A stretch of DNA of 64,000 bases, taken from Candidatus Omnitrophota bacterium (GTDB taxonomy: Bacteria > Omnitrophota > Gorgyraeia > Gygaellales > Profunditerraquicolaceae). Position numbers and translations under genes: made by a program. The notes under the pieces were generated by a model. That model was not told where the DNA came from and ran no database searches. It saw nothing but the letters and a program-made list of their open reading frames with translations. The first letter of the stretch is position 1; each line of letters opens with the position of its first letter. Positions 37,439 to 46,387 of the stretch are shown here, in pieces. The stretch covers positions 23,369 through 87,368 of the forward strand of contig JALOQJ010000003.1 of the NCBI GenBank assembly GCA_025453445.1, read 5' to 3'.

Positions 37439-38329
37439 ATGATTCCTCAAAGGACTGTTAGTAAAAAACTTGGTGATTTATTGATTGAGCGCCGGCTGGT
37501 TACGCTGGAGCAGCTTAAGCTTGCCTTGGGAGAGCAGCGTAAAAAGGGCGGATATTTGAGCCAGCACTTAATTGCCATGGGCTTTACTGCGGAGAAAGAT
37601 ATTGCCGTTTGTTTATCCAACCAGTATAATTTCGCCTACATTCCTTTAAGAAATTATTCTATTGCTCCTGAAGTGCTGGATAATATCCCGTTGAAATGGA
37701 TTAAAATTTATACCCTTATTCCTCTGGATAAAGTACGCAATGTTTTATCTGTAGCCATGGCTGATCCGCTCAACGAAGGCGTGATTCAGATGTTGGAGCA
37801 AATTACTAATTGCGAAATACAGATTTTTATTTCTACTTACAGCGAGCTTAATGAGGCGATTATCCGCTATTTTGGAGAAAAACTGCAGGATTTAAAAGAA
37901 GCGTATTTGGATGCCAAAGATTTAGGTAAAATTTTGACGGCGAACCAGTTTATTCATACGAAAAAATACGAGGGCCAGGAACGCAGGATATATGTCAGGG
38001 TAAATAAAGAGGTCGAGATTTCTTATTACTATCACGGGAAAACTTTTCAGGCCAAAACAAAAGATATAAGTTACGGTGGGATAGCTTTTTTCTCAGATAT
38101 CTTTATTCCCATAGATACGGAGCTGGCTTTTAAAATTTATTTAAAGGAGAAACAGCCGCCGATTGATGTGGTGATTAATATCCTAAGAGTACAGGAAAAG
38201 GGCGGTCCTGAAACTAGTGGCACAGAAGGGCCTAAGTCAGGCGGTTATGAAATAGCCGGTATTTTTGAATTCATTACTTACGAAGACAGGGATAGTTTAG
38301 TTTCTTTCTTAAAGGAGAACATAAAATAA
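37439..38329 (+). CDS. MshEN/GSPII_N domain + PilZ domain protein
   Basis: KLGDLL...QLKLALGEQ MshEN-like motif, VAMADP; PilZ ERRIYVR and DISYGG. Confidence 0.8.
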   Translation: MIPQRTVSKKLGDLLIERRLVTLEQLKLALGEQRKKGGYLSQHLIAMGFTAEKDIAVCLSNQYNFAYIPLRNYSIAPEVLDNIPLKWIKIYTLIPLDKVRNVLSVAMADPLNEGVIQMLEQITNCEIQIFISTYSELNEAIIRYFGEKLQDLKEAYLDAKDLGKILTANQFIHTKKYEGQERRIYVRVNKEVEISYYYHGKTFQAKTKDISYGGIAFFSDIFIPIDTELAFKIYLKEKQPPIDVVINILRVQEKGGPETSGTEGPKSGGYEIAGIFEFITYEDRDSLVSFLKENIK

Positions 38330-38342
38330 TAGGGAGGTAATT

Positions 38343-39383
38343 ATGTTGAGATATCTGACTGCAGGGGAATCGCATGGCGCAGGGCTGGTGGCAATTTTAG
38401 AAGGTATTCCCGCAGGTTTGAAACTGGACGCCAATAAAATTAATTACGAATTAAAGCGCAGGCAGGCAGGATACGGCCGCGGCAAGCGCATGCAGATTGA
38501 AAAAGATAAAGTGGAAGTGCTTTCCGGAATAAAAAAAGGCTCAACTTTAGGCAGCCCGATTGCTTTACTAATTGAGAACAAAGATTTTAGTATTGAAAAA
38601 TTACCAGCAATATCCTGCCCGCGGCCAGGCCATGCAGATCTGTCAGGAGTTTTAAAATACGGTTTTAAGGATATCAGGAATGTATTGGAGCGTGCTTCTG
38701 CCCGTGAAACTGCTGCTCGCGTTGCTGTAGGCGCTGTTTGCAAAATGCTTCTTGATGAATTTAAAATTAAAATTTCCAGTAAAGTTTTATTAATCGGCGG
38801 CGAATGTTCACCGCAGGCAATGATGAAAAGAATTATTCAGGCACAGGCAAAGAAGGATACTGTAGGCGGGATTTTTGAAGTTGAGGCTGCAGGTGTTCCT
38901 GTGGGCTTAGGCAATTATACAAGTGCTGATAAGCGCCTGGATGCGCGCTTAAGCGCCAGTATTATGTCTATACCGGGGATTAAAGCAGTCGGGTTTGGTT
39001 TGGGATTTGGCTATGCGCATCGCTTTGGCTCAGCCTGCCACGATGCAATTTATTACGCTAAAAATAAAGGGTATTTCCGTAAAACCAATAATGCCGGCGG
39101 TATTGAAGGCGGTATTTCTAATGGCGAAGATATCATAATTCATGCTTGCATGAAACCGATTGCAACGCTGCTTAAGCCGCTCGATTCTGTTAATATCAAT
39201 AATAAAAAATCAGCCAAAGCTACGGTGGAGCGTTCTGACACCTGTGCCGTAGAATCTGCCGCAGTAATTGCCGAGGCAGGGGCTGCTTTTGTCTTAACAG
39301 ATGCCTTACTGGAAAAATTCGGCACTGATGCTTTGGATGATATTAAGCTAAGCTACAAAAATTATTTAAAAAAAATTAGTTAG
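38343..39383 (+). CDS. aroC: Chorismate synthase
   Basis: TAGESHG, PRPGHAD, ERASARETA, GGIEGGISNG. Confidence 0.97.
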   Translation: MLRYLTAGESHGAGLVAILEGIPAGLKLDANKINYELKRRQAGYGRGKRMQIEKDKVEVLSGIKKGSTLGSPIALLIENKDFSIEKLPAISCPRPGHADLSGVLKYGFKDIRNVLERASARETAARVAVGAVCKMLLDEFKIKISSKVLLIGGECSPQAMMKRIIQAQAKKDTVGGIFEVEAAGVPVGLGNYTSADKRLDARLSASIMSIPGIKAVGFGLGFGYAHRFGSACHDAIYYAKNKGYFRKTNNAGGIEGGISNGEDIIIHACMKPIATLLKPLDSVNINNKKSAKATVERSDTCAVESAAVIAEAGAAFVLTDALLEKFGTDALDDIKLSYKNYLKKIS

Positions 39384-39429
39384 ATTTCTTCACCTCCTGC
39401 GTCTATTAAGTTAAAAGGAGGTGATGAAT

Positions 39430-39684
39430 ATGGAAAAGTCTTTAATAGAAGTCAGCCGGATTCATAAGCTTGAGGGCGACTCTAAAACAAAGGCCTTTGT
39501 AGATGTTTCGCTCGGTGGTATTGTGGTAAAAGGCTTAAAGGTGATTGACGGCAGCAATGGGTTGTTTGTTGGCATGCCGCGACATCAGGGTAAAGACGGG
39601 AAGTGGTATGATACCGTTTATCCTTCTACAAAGGAAATTAAAGAAGAATTGTCCAGCTTGGTATTAGCAGCGTATCAGGAGTAG
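39430..39684 (+). CDS. spoVG: SpoVG family nucleic-acid-binding protein
   Basis: KAFVDV, GLKVIDGSNGLFVGMP, YDTVYP; AGGAGGTG SD. Confidence 0.88.
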   Translation: MEKSLIEVSRIHKLEGDSKTKAFVDVSLGGIVVKGLKVIDGSNGLFVGMPRHQGKDGKWYDTVYPSTKEIKEELSSLVLAAYQE

Positions 39685-39726
39685 GGTTGTGAGGATGCAA
39701 CAAAATCGTTAACAGTAGTTAGGAGC

Positions 39727-39760
39727 TGCCGTAGCGGAGGTTTAAACCTCCGCTACGGCA
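39727..39760. repeat. 34-bp perfect palindrome, GTAG-type REP-like
   Basis: tgccgtagcggaggttt|aaacctccgctacggca. Confidence 0.9.
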
Positions 39761-39767
39761 TTAGGTT

Positions 39768-40286
39768 ATGAACAATATTTATTTAGTCGGTTTTATGGGC
39801 ACAGGTAAGACTTCCGTCGGATATGAGCTTGCCAAAAAGATAAAGCAGCAGTTTATTGATCTTGATTCTTTGATTGAGCTGCGTGAGAAAAAGCTGATTG
39901 CAGATATTTTTGCCGAAAAAGGCGAGCCATATTTCCGTAAAGTTGAAAAGCAAGCTTTAAAAGAAGTTGCGAAAGAAAAAGGTTTTGTTGTTGCTACTGG
40001 CGGTGGGATTGTGATCAATCCGGAAAATATTAAAATTATGAAAGAAACAGGTATGTTGATTTGTTTGAGTGCGTCGCCCGAAGTAATTTTAAAAAGGGTG
40101 TCGGGATTAGACCTTCGGCCGCTTATGAATGTTAAAGATCCCAAAAAACAAATTGAACTGCTGTTAAAACTACGCGCGCCATATTATGCCTTGGCAGGTA
40201 AAACAATTGATACATCTAAGTTATCGGTAGGCCGAGTTGTACAAAATATCATCAAAGTCATCAGTAAGAGAGGTTCAAAAAGATGA
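39768..40286 (+). CDS. aroK: Shikimate kinase
   Basis: [25 protein letters not shown]. Confidence 0.95.
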   Translation: MNNIYLVGFMGTGKTSVGYELAKKIKQQFIDLDSLIELREKKLIADIFAEKGEPYFRKVEKQALKEVAKEKGFVVATGGGIVINPENIKIMKETGMLICLSASPEVILKRVSGLDLRPLMNVKDPKKQIELLLKLRAPYYALAGKTIDTSKLSVGRVVQNIIKVISKRGSKR

Positions 40287-40609
40287 AGAAATGCCCTTAT
40301 TGCGCAGAAGAAATACAGGACGAGGCGATAAAGTGCAGATATTGTGGGGAGATGTTGGAAAATAAGGTGCCTAAACCTAAGTGGTACCTCAAGACCTCCT
40401 CGCTAGTTATCGCTTTTTTATGTGTCGGCCCTCTGGCTTTGCCATTAATCTGGATAAATCCTCGTTTCAGCAAGAATAGTAAAATAATCATTACAATTGT
40501 GGTTATTATCCTAACCTATTACTTAGGTTCTTGGGTGTTAAGTTCTCTAAAGTCAATAAAAGAATATTACGGCCCGATCTTTGAAAATAATGCAGTTACC
40601 CTATATTAG
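40283..40609 (+). CDS. Zinc-ribbon (UPF0547-like) membrane protein
   Basis: [20 protein letters not shown] plus two TM segments. Confidence 0.85.
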   Translation: MKKCPYCAEEIQDEAIKCRYCGEMLENKVPKPKWYLKTSSLVIAFLCVGPLALPLIWINPRFSKNSKIIITIVVIILTYYLGSWVLSSLKSIKEYYGPIFENNAVTLY

Positions 40610-40613
40610 CTTC

Positions 40614-40644
40614 AAATATAATGACTAAGCTTGAGTCTATAATT
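40614..40644 (+). pseudogene. Diverged duplicate of the dprA 5' end (MTKLESII) cut off by the MITE
   Basis: 23/31 nt match to 42373-42403; codons 2-5 differ only synonymously. Confidence 0.6.
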
Positions 40645-40848
40645 GTTTCGCGTGTGTCTTGTCTGTATTTTTGCGGGAACGTTTGCCCCGCCCCAGCGTG
40701 GCGGGGCTGCACTTCGTTCCAGCCCCTCGCTCTCCCGCAGCCGGGCGGTGGATAAAATCGTTTTTTTATTAAGGAGCCGGCTGCGGGAACCGTGCCCGCT
40801 CGGGGCTTCCAAGATCCCGCAAAAACACATCCAAGCCACCCGCTGGAC
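40645..40848. mobile_element. ~204-bp MITE-like hairpin element, copy 2
   Basis: Outer end gtttcgcgtgtgtcttgtctg; tttttgcggga pairs with tcccgcaaaaa; colinear with the reverse complement of 42163-42364. Confidence 0.8.
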
Positions 40849-40906
40849 ACAGGACAGTGCAAGGGAGCATGGGGGGGGTTATAGAGTTTTAGGAAAGGGA
40901 GGTAAC

Positions 40907-41236
40907 ATGAGAATATTTTTGTTATTAGTACTATGTTTGGGATTATGCGGGTGTGTAACTACATCATCGAGAATCAACAATATTTCTTTAGGAATGACCA
41001 AGGCAAATGTCCTCAGGTCTATGGGAACACCGACAAGCACATCTGCTAAAGGAACGACGGAATATTTGACTTATAAATTAATAGTAGCTTATGACCGTGT
41101 TGACCCAATTTATAATGACTACTTTGTTAAACTTATTGATGGAAAAGTCGAATCATACGGTAAGGTCGGGGATTTTGATTCTGTCAAGAATCCCACTAAC
41201 GATATAAATCTAAATGTTAAAAGTGTAATTAAATAG
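40907..41236 (+). CDS. Small lipoprotein, SmpA/BamE/BLIP-like
   Basis: GGAGG SD; lipobox LCGC; ISLGMTKANVLRSMGTP. Confidence 0.8.
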   Translation: MRIFLLLVLCLGLCGCVTTSSRINNISLGMTKANVLRSMGTPTSTSAKGTTEYLTYKLIVAYDRVDPIYNDYFVKLIDGKVESYGKVGDFDSVKNPTNDINLNVKSVIK

Positions 41237-41286
41237 AAATAATGCGGTGTCCGAAGGAGCTTCAAAAATATATAGGACTTATCCAG

Positions 41287-41318
41287 AGAGTAGGTGACGT
41301 TTAAACGTCACCTACTCT
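41287..41318. repeat. 32-bp perfect palindrome, GTAG-type with GTTTAAAC centre
   Basis: agagtaggtgacgttt|aaacgtcacctactct. Confidence 0.85.
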
Positions 41319-41432
41319 TACCCTATGGATAATTCGGGGTTTTTAAAGTCGCGCCCCCTGTCTGATAGTAGGTGGAGAATCGCGTTTTGCCAACTGTCCA
41401 GAGAGGACAACGTAACAAAGTAAAGGTTGATA

Positions 41433-42137
41433 ATGGACGAAAATAAAATTGATGCAGCAGATTATTTACAAAGGTTTAGCGCAAAGGTTCTATGGCATTT
41501 TACAGGCTATAATAAGTCGTCGAAAGACTCTTTTGCCCGCTTAGTTTCGATAGCAAAAGAAGGATTATTAAAAATTTCCGATAGATCTTTTCCAATAAAA
41601 ATGCCCAATGGCGAAAAAAGAATTGGATTTCCTTCTTCTTGTGTTTGTGATATTCCTTTTAAAGACTTAAGATTGCATATTTTAAGATATGGAGGATTCG
41701 GAATCGCGTTTAATAAAGAAAAGGCAATTCTTACTGGGCACTTCAATCCTGTTTTATATATAAATAAGAATCATATTTTTTTTAAGCATGCAGAAAAAAT
41801 TTTACCAGAGTTAGAACGATTAGAGTCTTCGTGTGGAAATTCAAAACAAGTTTTACAAGAATATTTAAAGATGATGGGAACATATGTAAAACGTTGCGAT
41901 TTAACAAGTATAATACATCTTGATCCAAAGATTGATGAAGAGCAAAACAATAACTTTTATTATGAAAGAGAATGGCGTTCAGCTTATGATTGGAATTTTA
42001 TTAGAGGTGACGTAGTGACAGTAATGATGCCGCAAGATTATATTGGTTTATTTCAGGAAGAGCTCAAAGGAAGCAAAGGGGAAGGGGTATTTAAAAATCT
42101 TTCAATTATTTCGACAGAAATGGTAGAAATATTATAA
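41433..42137 (+). CDS. AbiGi-like (putative abortive infection) protein
   Basis: LWHFT, CVCDIP, H..RYGGFGIAF, NPVLY, FYYEREWR; visibly AT-richer than flanking genes. Confidence 0.72.
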   Translation: MDENKIDAADYLQRFSAKVLWHFTGYNKSSKDSFARLVSIAKEGLLKISDRSFPIKMPNGEKRIGFPSSCVCDIPFKDLRLHILRYGGFGIAFNKEKAILTGHFNPVLYINKNHIFFKHAEKILPELERLESSCGNSKQVLQEYLKMMGTYVKRCDLTSIIHLDPKIDEEQNNNFYYEREWRSAYDWNFIRGDVVTVMMPQDYIGLFQEELKGSKGEGVFKNLSIISTEMVEIL

Positions 42138-42162
42138 TGAAATAAGTAACGGAGGGGGAGAT

Positions 42163-42364
42163 TTTTAGCGTGGGGATTGGCTGGGATTTCGAGGGACGTG
42201 GAGGCAAGGAGCGGGCATGGTTCCCACATCCGGCTCATTAATTGAAAAAAGATTTTATCCACGGCCCGGATGCGGGAGAGCGACGCAGCCGACCCGAGCG
42301 AAGTTTTGCCTCGCAGGGGCAAAACGAGCGCTCCCGAGAAACCCAGATAAGACACACGCGAGAC
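42163..42364. mobile_element. ~202-bp MITE-like hairpin element, copy 3 (inverted relative to copy 2)
   Basis: Outer end cagataagacacacgcgagac; reverse complement shares tcgctctcccgca, gtggataaaatc, gagccgg, gggaacc, tgcccgctc with copy 2. Confidence 0.8.
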
Positions 42365-42379
42365 AATATATAAAATAAA

Positions 42380-43474
42380 ATGACAAAACTCGAAGCATTA
42401 ATTAGTTTAAACATGGTAGGCGAAATCGGCAGTATTCGCCTTGGAAGGCTGTTGGATTATTTTGGCAAGTTTGAGAATGTCTTCCGGGCGAGTGCGGAGA
42501 AATTAATTACTATTGCCGGAATCAGCGAGAATGTTGCTAATAGAATTCATACATTCAAACCTGAAGATTTAACCAGAGAATTAGAGTCAGCGCAGAAACT
42601 AGGCTTAAAGATTATTATTTTAGGCGACGCGGATTATCCGGAAATTCTAAAGAATATTCCTAGTCCTCCGATTGTGCTCTATGTCAAAGGCAAATTGGAA
42701 AAAGAAGATAATCTTGCCATTGGTATTGTCGGCAGCCGCCGCGCTTCATATTACGGCCTGTCTTCAGCAGAAAAATTTGCTGCAGAATTGGCAGGTTGCG
42801 GTTTAACTATTGTTTCCGGTATGGCGCGCGGCATTGATACAGCTGCTCACCGGGGAGCTTTAAAGATGAAAGGCCGCACGCTTGCTGTAATCGGCAGTGG
42901 GTTTAAGCACATTTATCCGGAAGAAAATATTGCATTAGCAGAAGAAATCACTGCTAATGGCGCAGTAATTTCTGAATTCAGCATTAATACACAGCCTTTT
43001 AAAGAAAATTTTCCCCGCAGGAACCGGTTAATTAGCGGTCTAAGTTTGGGGACTCTGGTAGTAGAGGCAGCCAGAAACAGCGGAGCGTTAATTACCGCGG
43101 ATTTTGCCCTTGAGCAGGGCAAAGAAGTATTTTGCCTTCCCGGCAGGATTGATTCTCCCGGTTCATTCGGGACAAACGAGTTGATTAAACAAGGAGCAAA
43201 ATTAGTTTCTACAAAAGACGATATTTTGGAAGAGCTGCAGGTTCCCTTAAGGATAGGTATTAAAGAAACTAAAATCAAAAACCGCCTACAAAATCATTCA
43301 GCAGGCAGTGAATCTGCTTTGTATGATTTAATTCCAACTAAGCCTGTTTTCTTAGATGAGCTTTTAGAAAAAACAGGCTTGCAAATTCCTCAGGCATATG
43401 AGATACTCTTGAGGCTGAAGATGCAAAAATTAATAAAACAGCTACCCGGAAAACAATTTATGAGGAGTAATTAA
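42380..43474 (+). CDS. dprA: DNA processing protein DprA
   Basis: IVGSR, SGMARGIDT, FPRRNRLISG, VVEAARNSGALITA. Confidence 0.96.
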   Translation: MTKLEALISLNMVGEIGSIRLGRLLDYFGKFENVFRASAEKLITIAGISENVANRIHTFKPEDLTRELESAQKLGLKIIILGDADYPEILKNIPSPPIVLYVKGKLEKEDNLAIGIVGSRRASYYGLSSAEKFAAELAGCGLTIVSGMARGIDTAAHRGALKMKGRTLAVIGSGFKHIYPEENIALAEEITANGAVISEFSINTQPFKENFPRRNRLISGLSLGTLVVEAARNSGALITADFALEQGKEVFCLPGRIDSPGSFGTNELIKQGAKLVSTKDDILEELQVPLRIGIKETKIKNRLQNHSAGSESALYDLIPTKPVFLDELLEKTGLQIPQAYEILLRLKMQKLIKQLPGKQFMRSN

Positions 43475-45471
43475 TGGAAGCTAAAAATTTGGTGATTGTA
43501 GAATCGCCGACAAAAGCAAAAACCATCGGTAAAATATTAGGAAGCAACTTTACGGTTATTTCTTCGATGGGCCATTTGATTGACCTGCCGCAAAAAAGCT
43601 TAGGCGTGGATATCGAGAAAGATTTTAACCCCGAATATGTTGTAATCCCCGCTAGAAGAAAAACCCTGGCGGATTTAAAAAAAGAAGCCAAGAAGAACGA
43701 TTTTATTTATATCGCCACTGACCCTGACCGTGAAGGCGAGGCGATTGGTTTTAATATCAGGGATAATCTTCCCAAAGGGAAAAAAGTTTTACGCGTTTTA
43801 TTCCATGAAATTACCTCCAGCGCTATCAAAGAAGCATTCCAGCATGCGCGCGATTTTGACCTTAATATGGTTGAGGCGCAGGTAGGCAGGCGTATTTTAG
43901 ACAGGATTGTAGGTTATTTTTTAAGCCCTTTATTATGGAAAAAAATCGCCCGGGGCTTAAGCGCAGGCAGGGTACAGTCTGTAGCTTTAAGGTTGGTTGT
44001 GGACAGGGAAAAAGAAATTAAGAAATTTATCCCTCAGGAATATTGGGAAATTGAAGCAGAGTTTAAAAAAGATGCGGTTAAATTTTTAGCTAAGCTAGAA
44101 AAAATAGAAGGCAAGAAAATAGAGATAAAGAATAAGGAAGAAGCAGAAAAAATTACCGGCATTGTAAGAATTAAAAAATTTCTGGTTACCGGCGTTGAGG
44201 AAAAAGAAAAGAATCGTTATCCCAGCCCGCCTTTTATTACCAGTACCCTGCAGCAGGATGCCTTCAATAAACTTAAGTTCAATGCCAGTAAGACGATGAT
44301 TATCGCTCAGCAGCTCTATGAAGGCCTTAATATAGGCCAGGATGAAACTGTTGGTTTGATTACTTATATGCGTACGGATTCCCCGCGTGTGTCAGCTGAA
44401 GCCATTAAAGAAGTTAGGGTTGCGATCAGCAAAAAATTTGGACAGGATTATTTACCTGCTGAACCAAATTACTATAAGGTAAAAAAGCACGCTCAGGAAG
44501 CTCATGAAGCAATCAGACCGAGTTTAATTTCCCGCGATCCACAAAGCATGAAAGATTTTCTTACCCCTGAACAGTTTGAATTGTATGAATTGATTTATAA
44601 CCGTTTTCTCGCCAGCCAGATGATGCCTGCGCGCTACCTGACGACCAGTATTGATATTTCAGCAGATGAGTATTTATTTACTGCCTCCGGATCAAAACTG
44701 GCTTTTGCCGGATTTTTAGCAGCTTATAATCACGAAGAGAAAGAAGAAAAAACAATTATTCCGTACCTGGCAAAAGATGAAGAGTTAATTTTGTCGAAAT
44801 TGACTCCTTCACAGCATTTTACCAAGCCTCCGGCAAGGTATTCCGATAGTTCTCTGGTAAAAGATTTGGAAGAAGATGGCGTAGGCCGGCCTTCAACTTA
44901 TGCGCCGATTATCTATACGCTGATTTTGCGCGATTATATGCGCCGGATCAGGGGATATTTTCATCCCACTGAACTGGGGATTAAAGTTTGTGATATGCTT
45001 GTTGGATATTTCCCGAAAATTATGGATATCCAGTTTACAGCGCAAATGGAAGAAGAGCTGGATGAAATCGAAGAAGGAAAATTCAACCGGCTAAAGGTAC
45101 TGCAGGAGTTTTATAAGCCTTTTAAAGAAAGCCTTGATTATGCGCAGGACAATATTAAAAAGGAAGTGATAAAGACCGACCAAGTTTGCGAAAAGTGCGG
45201 CAAGCCAATGATTATCAAATGGGGCAGAAAAGGGAAATTTTTAAGCTGCTCTGCCTATCCTGTTTGTACTCATTCCAAATCAATTACCACGGGCGTCAAA
45301 TGCCCTCAGGAGAACTGCGGCGGAGAGCTGATTGAGCGGCACTCGCGCAGAGGATTTTTCTATGGCTGTTCCAATTATCCCCGCTGCACTTTTATTGCCA
45401 AACACCTGCCACAGGAAGACGAATCAAAAGACGAACAGAAAGAAGAATTAAAAGAAGAGCCGAAAGAATAA
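43474..45471 (+). CDS. topA: DNA topoisomerase I
   Basis: IVESPTKAK, DPDREGE, SAGRVQS, ITYMRTD, C-terminal zinc ribbons. Confidence 0.97.
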   Translation: MEAKNLVIVESPTKAKTIGKILGSNFTVISSMGHLIDLPQKSLGVDIEKDFNPEYVVIPARRKTLADLKKEAKKNDFIYIATDPDREGEAIGFNIRDNLPKGKKVLRVLFHEITSSAIKEAFQHARDFDLNMVEAQVGRRILDRIVGYFLSPLLWKKIARGLSAGRVQSVALRLVVDREKEIKKFIPQEYWEIEAEFKKDAVKFLAKLEKIEGKKIEIKNKEEAEKITGIVRIKKFLVTGVEEKEKNRYPSPPFITSTLQQDAFNKLKFNASKTMIIAQQLYEGLNIGQDETVGLITYMRTDSPRVSAEAIKEVRVAISKKFGQDYLPAEPNYYKVKKHAQEAHEAIRPSLISRDPQSMKDFLTPEQFELYELIYNRFLASQMMPARYLTTSIDISADEYLFTASGSKLAFAGFLAAYNHEEKEEKTIIPYLAKDEELILSKLTPSQHFTKPPARYSDSSLVKDLEEDGVGRPSTYAPIIYTLILRDYMRRIRGYFHPTELGIKVCDMLVGYFPKIMDIQFTAQMEEELDEIEEGKFNRLKVLQEFYKPFKESLDYAQDNIKKEVIKTDQVCEKCGKPMIIKWGRKGKFLSCSAYPVCTHSKSITTGVKCPQENCGGELIERHSRRGFFYGCSNYPRCTFIAKHLPQEDESKDEQKEELKEEPKE

Positions 45472-45477
45472 TTTATA

Positions 45478-46347
45478 ATGGAAAGATATATTGAAAAATT
45501 CCGGCGCTACCTGGAAATCGAAAAAAATTATTCTCCGCATACGCTGTTAAATTATACTCTTGACCTGGAGGATTTTCAGGCATTCTTCAGCGCTCAGCCG
45601 ATAGAGGGCGCGGATTATCTGGTTTTCAGGAAGTATCTGGCTACTCTGAAAGAAAAAAATATGCAGAGCCGCACCATTGCCCGCCGGCTCTCGAGTTTAA
45701 GGTCGTTTTTTAAATTTTTAACCCGTGAAGGCTATATTAAAGCCAATCCTATGCTTAGTCTCTCAAGCCCGAAACTTGATAAGCATCTGCCGCAATTTTT
45801 GACTGAAGAGGAAGTGATGAAAGTAATCAACGCGGTTATCCCTAAGAGTGGGCATGATAACTTAAGTTTTCGTAACCGCGCGATATTGGAAACATTTTAC
45901 AGCACGGGTGTGAGGATTTCAGAATTGGTAGGTTTAAATATTGACGATATAGATTTTATCAGTTGTGTTGCCAAAGTCAGGGGTAAGGGTAAGAAGGAAC
46001 GTATGGTGCCGATTGGAGACCATGCCATAAAAGCAATCCAGGAGTATTTGTTGATCAGGGATAATCCAGAGAATGCTCTTTTTCTAAACAGATCTGGCAG
46101 GCGTATTACTGACCGCGGGGTGCGTGATGCCGTGGGTAAATACCTGCATCTGGCAAGTATCCGGCAGGGGGTTTCTCCGCATAGCTTAAGGCATTCGTTT
46201 GCAACGCACCTTTTAAACCGCGGGGCGGATTTAAGAAGCGTGCAGGAGCTATTGGGGCATGCTAATCTTTCTACCACACAGATTTATACGCATTTAACGA
46301 CGGACAGGTTGAAAAAAGTTTATGATAAGGCACATCCGAGGGCGTAA
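45478..46347 (+). CDS. xerC: Tyrosine recombinase XerC
   Basis: R-K-HxxR-H-Y residues, HSLRHSFATH, AHPRA C-terminus; follows topA. Confidence 0.9.
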   Translation: MERYIEKFRRYLEIEKNYSPHTLLNYTLDLEDFQAFFSAQPIEGADYLVFRKYLATLKEKNMQSRTIARRLSSLRSFFKFLTREGYIKANPMLSLSSPKLDKHLPQFLTEEEVMKVINAVIPKSGHDNLSFRNRAILETFYSTGVRISELVGLNIDDIDFISCVAKVRGKGKKERMVPIGDHAIKAIQEYLLIRDNPENALFLNRSGRRITDRGVRDAVGKYLHLASIRQGVSPHSLRHSFATHLLNRGADLRSVQELLGHANLSTTQIYTHLTTDRLKKVYDKAHPRA

Positions 46348-46353
46348 AGAGCA

Positions 46354-46387
46354 GTAGTTAGTAGTGAGTAGCGAGGGGTGAGGAGAA
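46354..46387 (+). repeat. Intergenic heptamer array merging into the waaA SD
   Basis: gtagtta gtagtga gtagcga ggggtga ggagaa-GTG. Confidence 0.7.

Noticed and set aside
40596-40906. ORFs 40596-40862, 40612-40839 and the N-terminal extension of 40643-41236
   Set aside because: They read through the GC-rich MITE; the real gene starts at ATG 40907 with an SD and signal peptide.
42053-42355. Minus-strand 100-aa ORF similar to the 40643 extension, possibly a small transposase
   Set aside because: The similarity just reflects the repeat; no transposase motifs or SD.
45415-45468. 12-bp periodic Glu/Lys-rich tail of topA
   Set aside because: Codon-multiple low-complexity tail, explained by protein-level repetition.
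45478-46347. xerC as the integrase of the 40.6-42.4 kb island
   Set aside because: It has the housekeeping AHPRA ending and the conserved dprA-topA-xerC context, and it lies outside the island.
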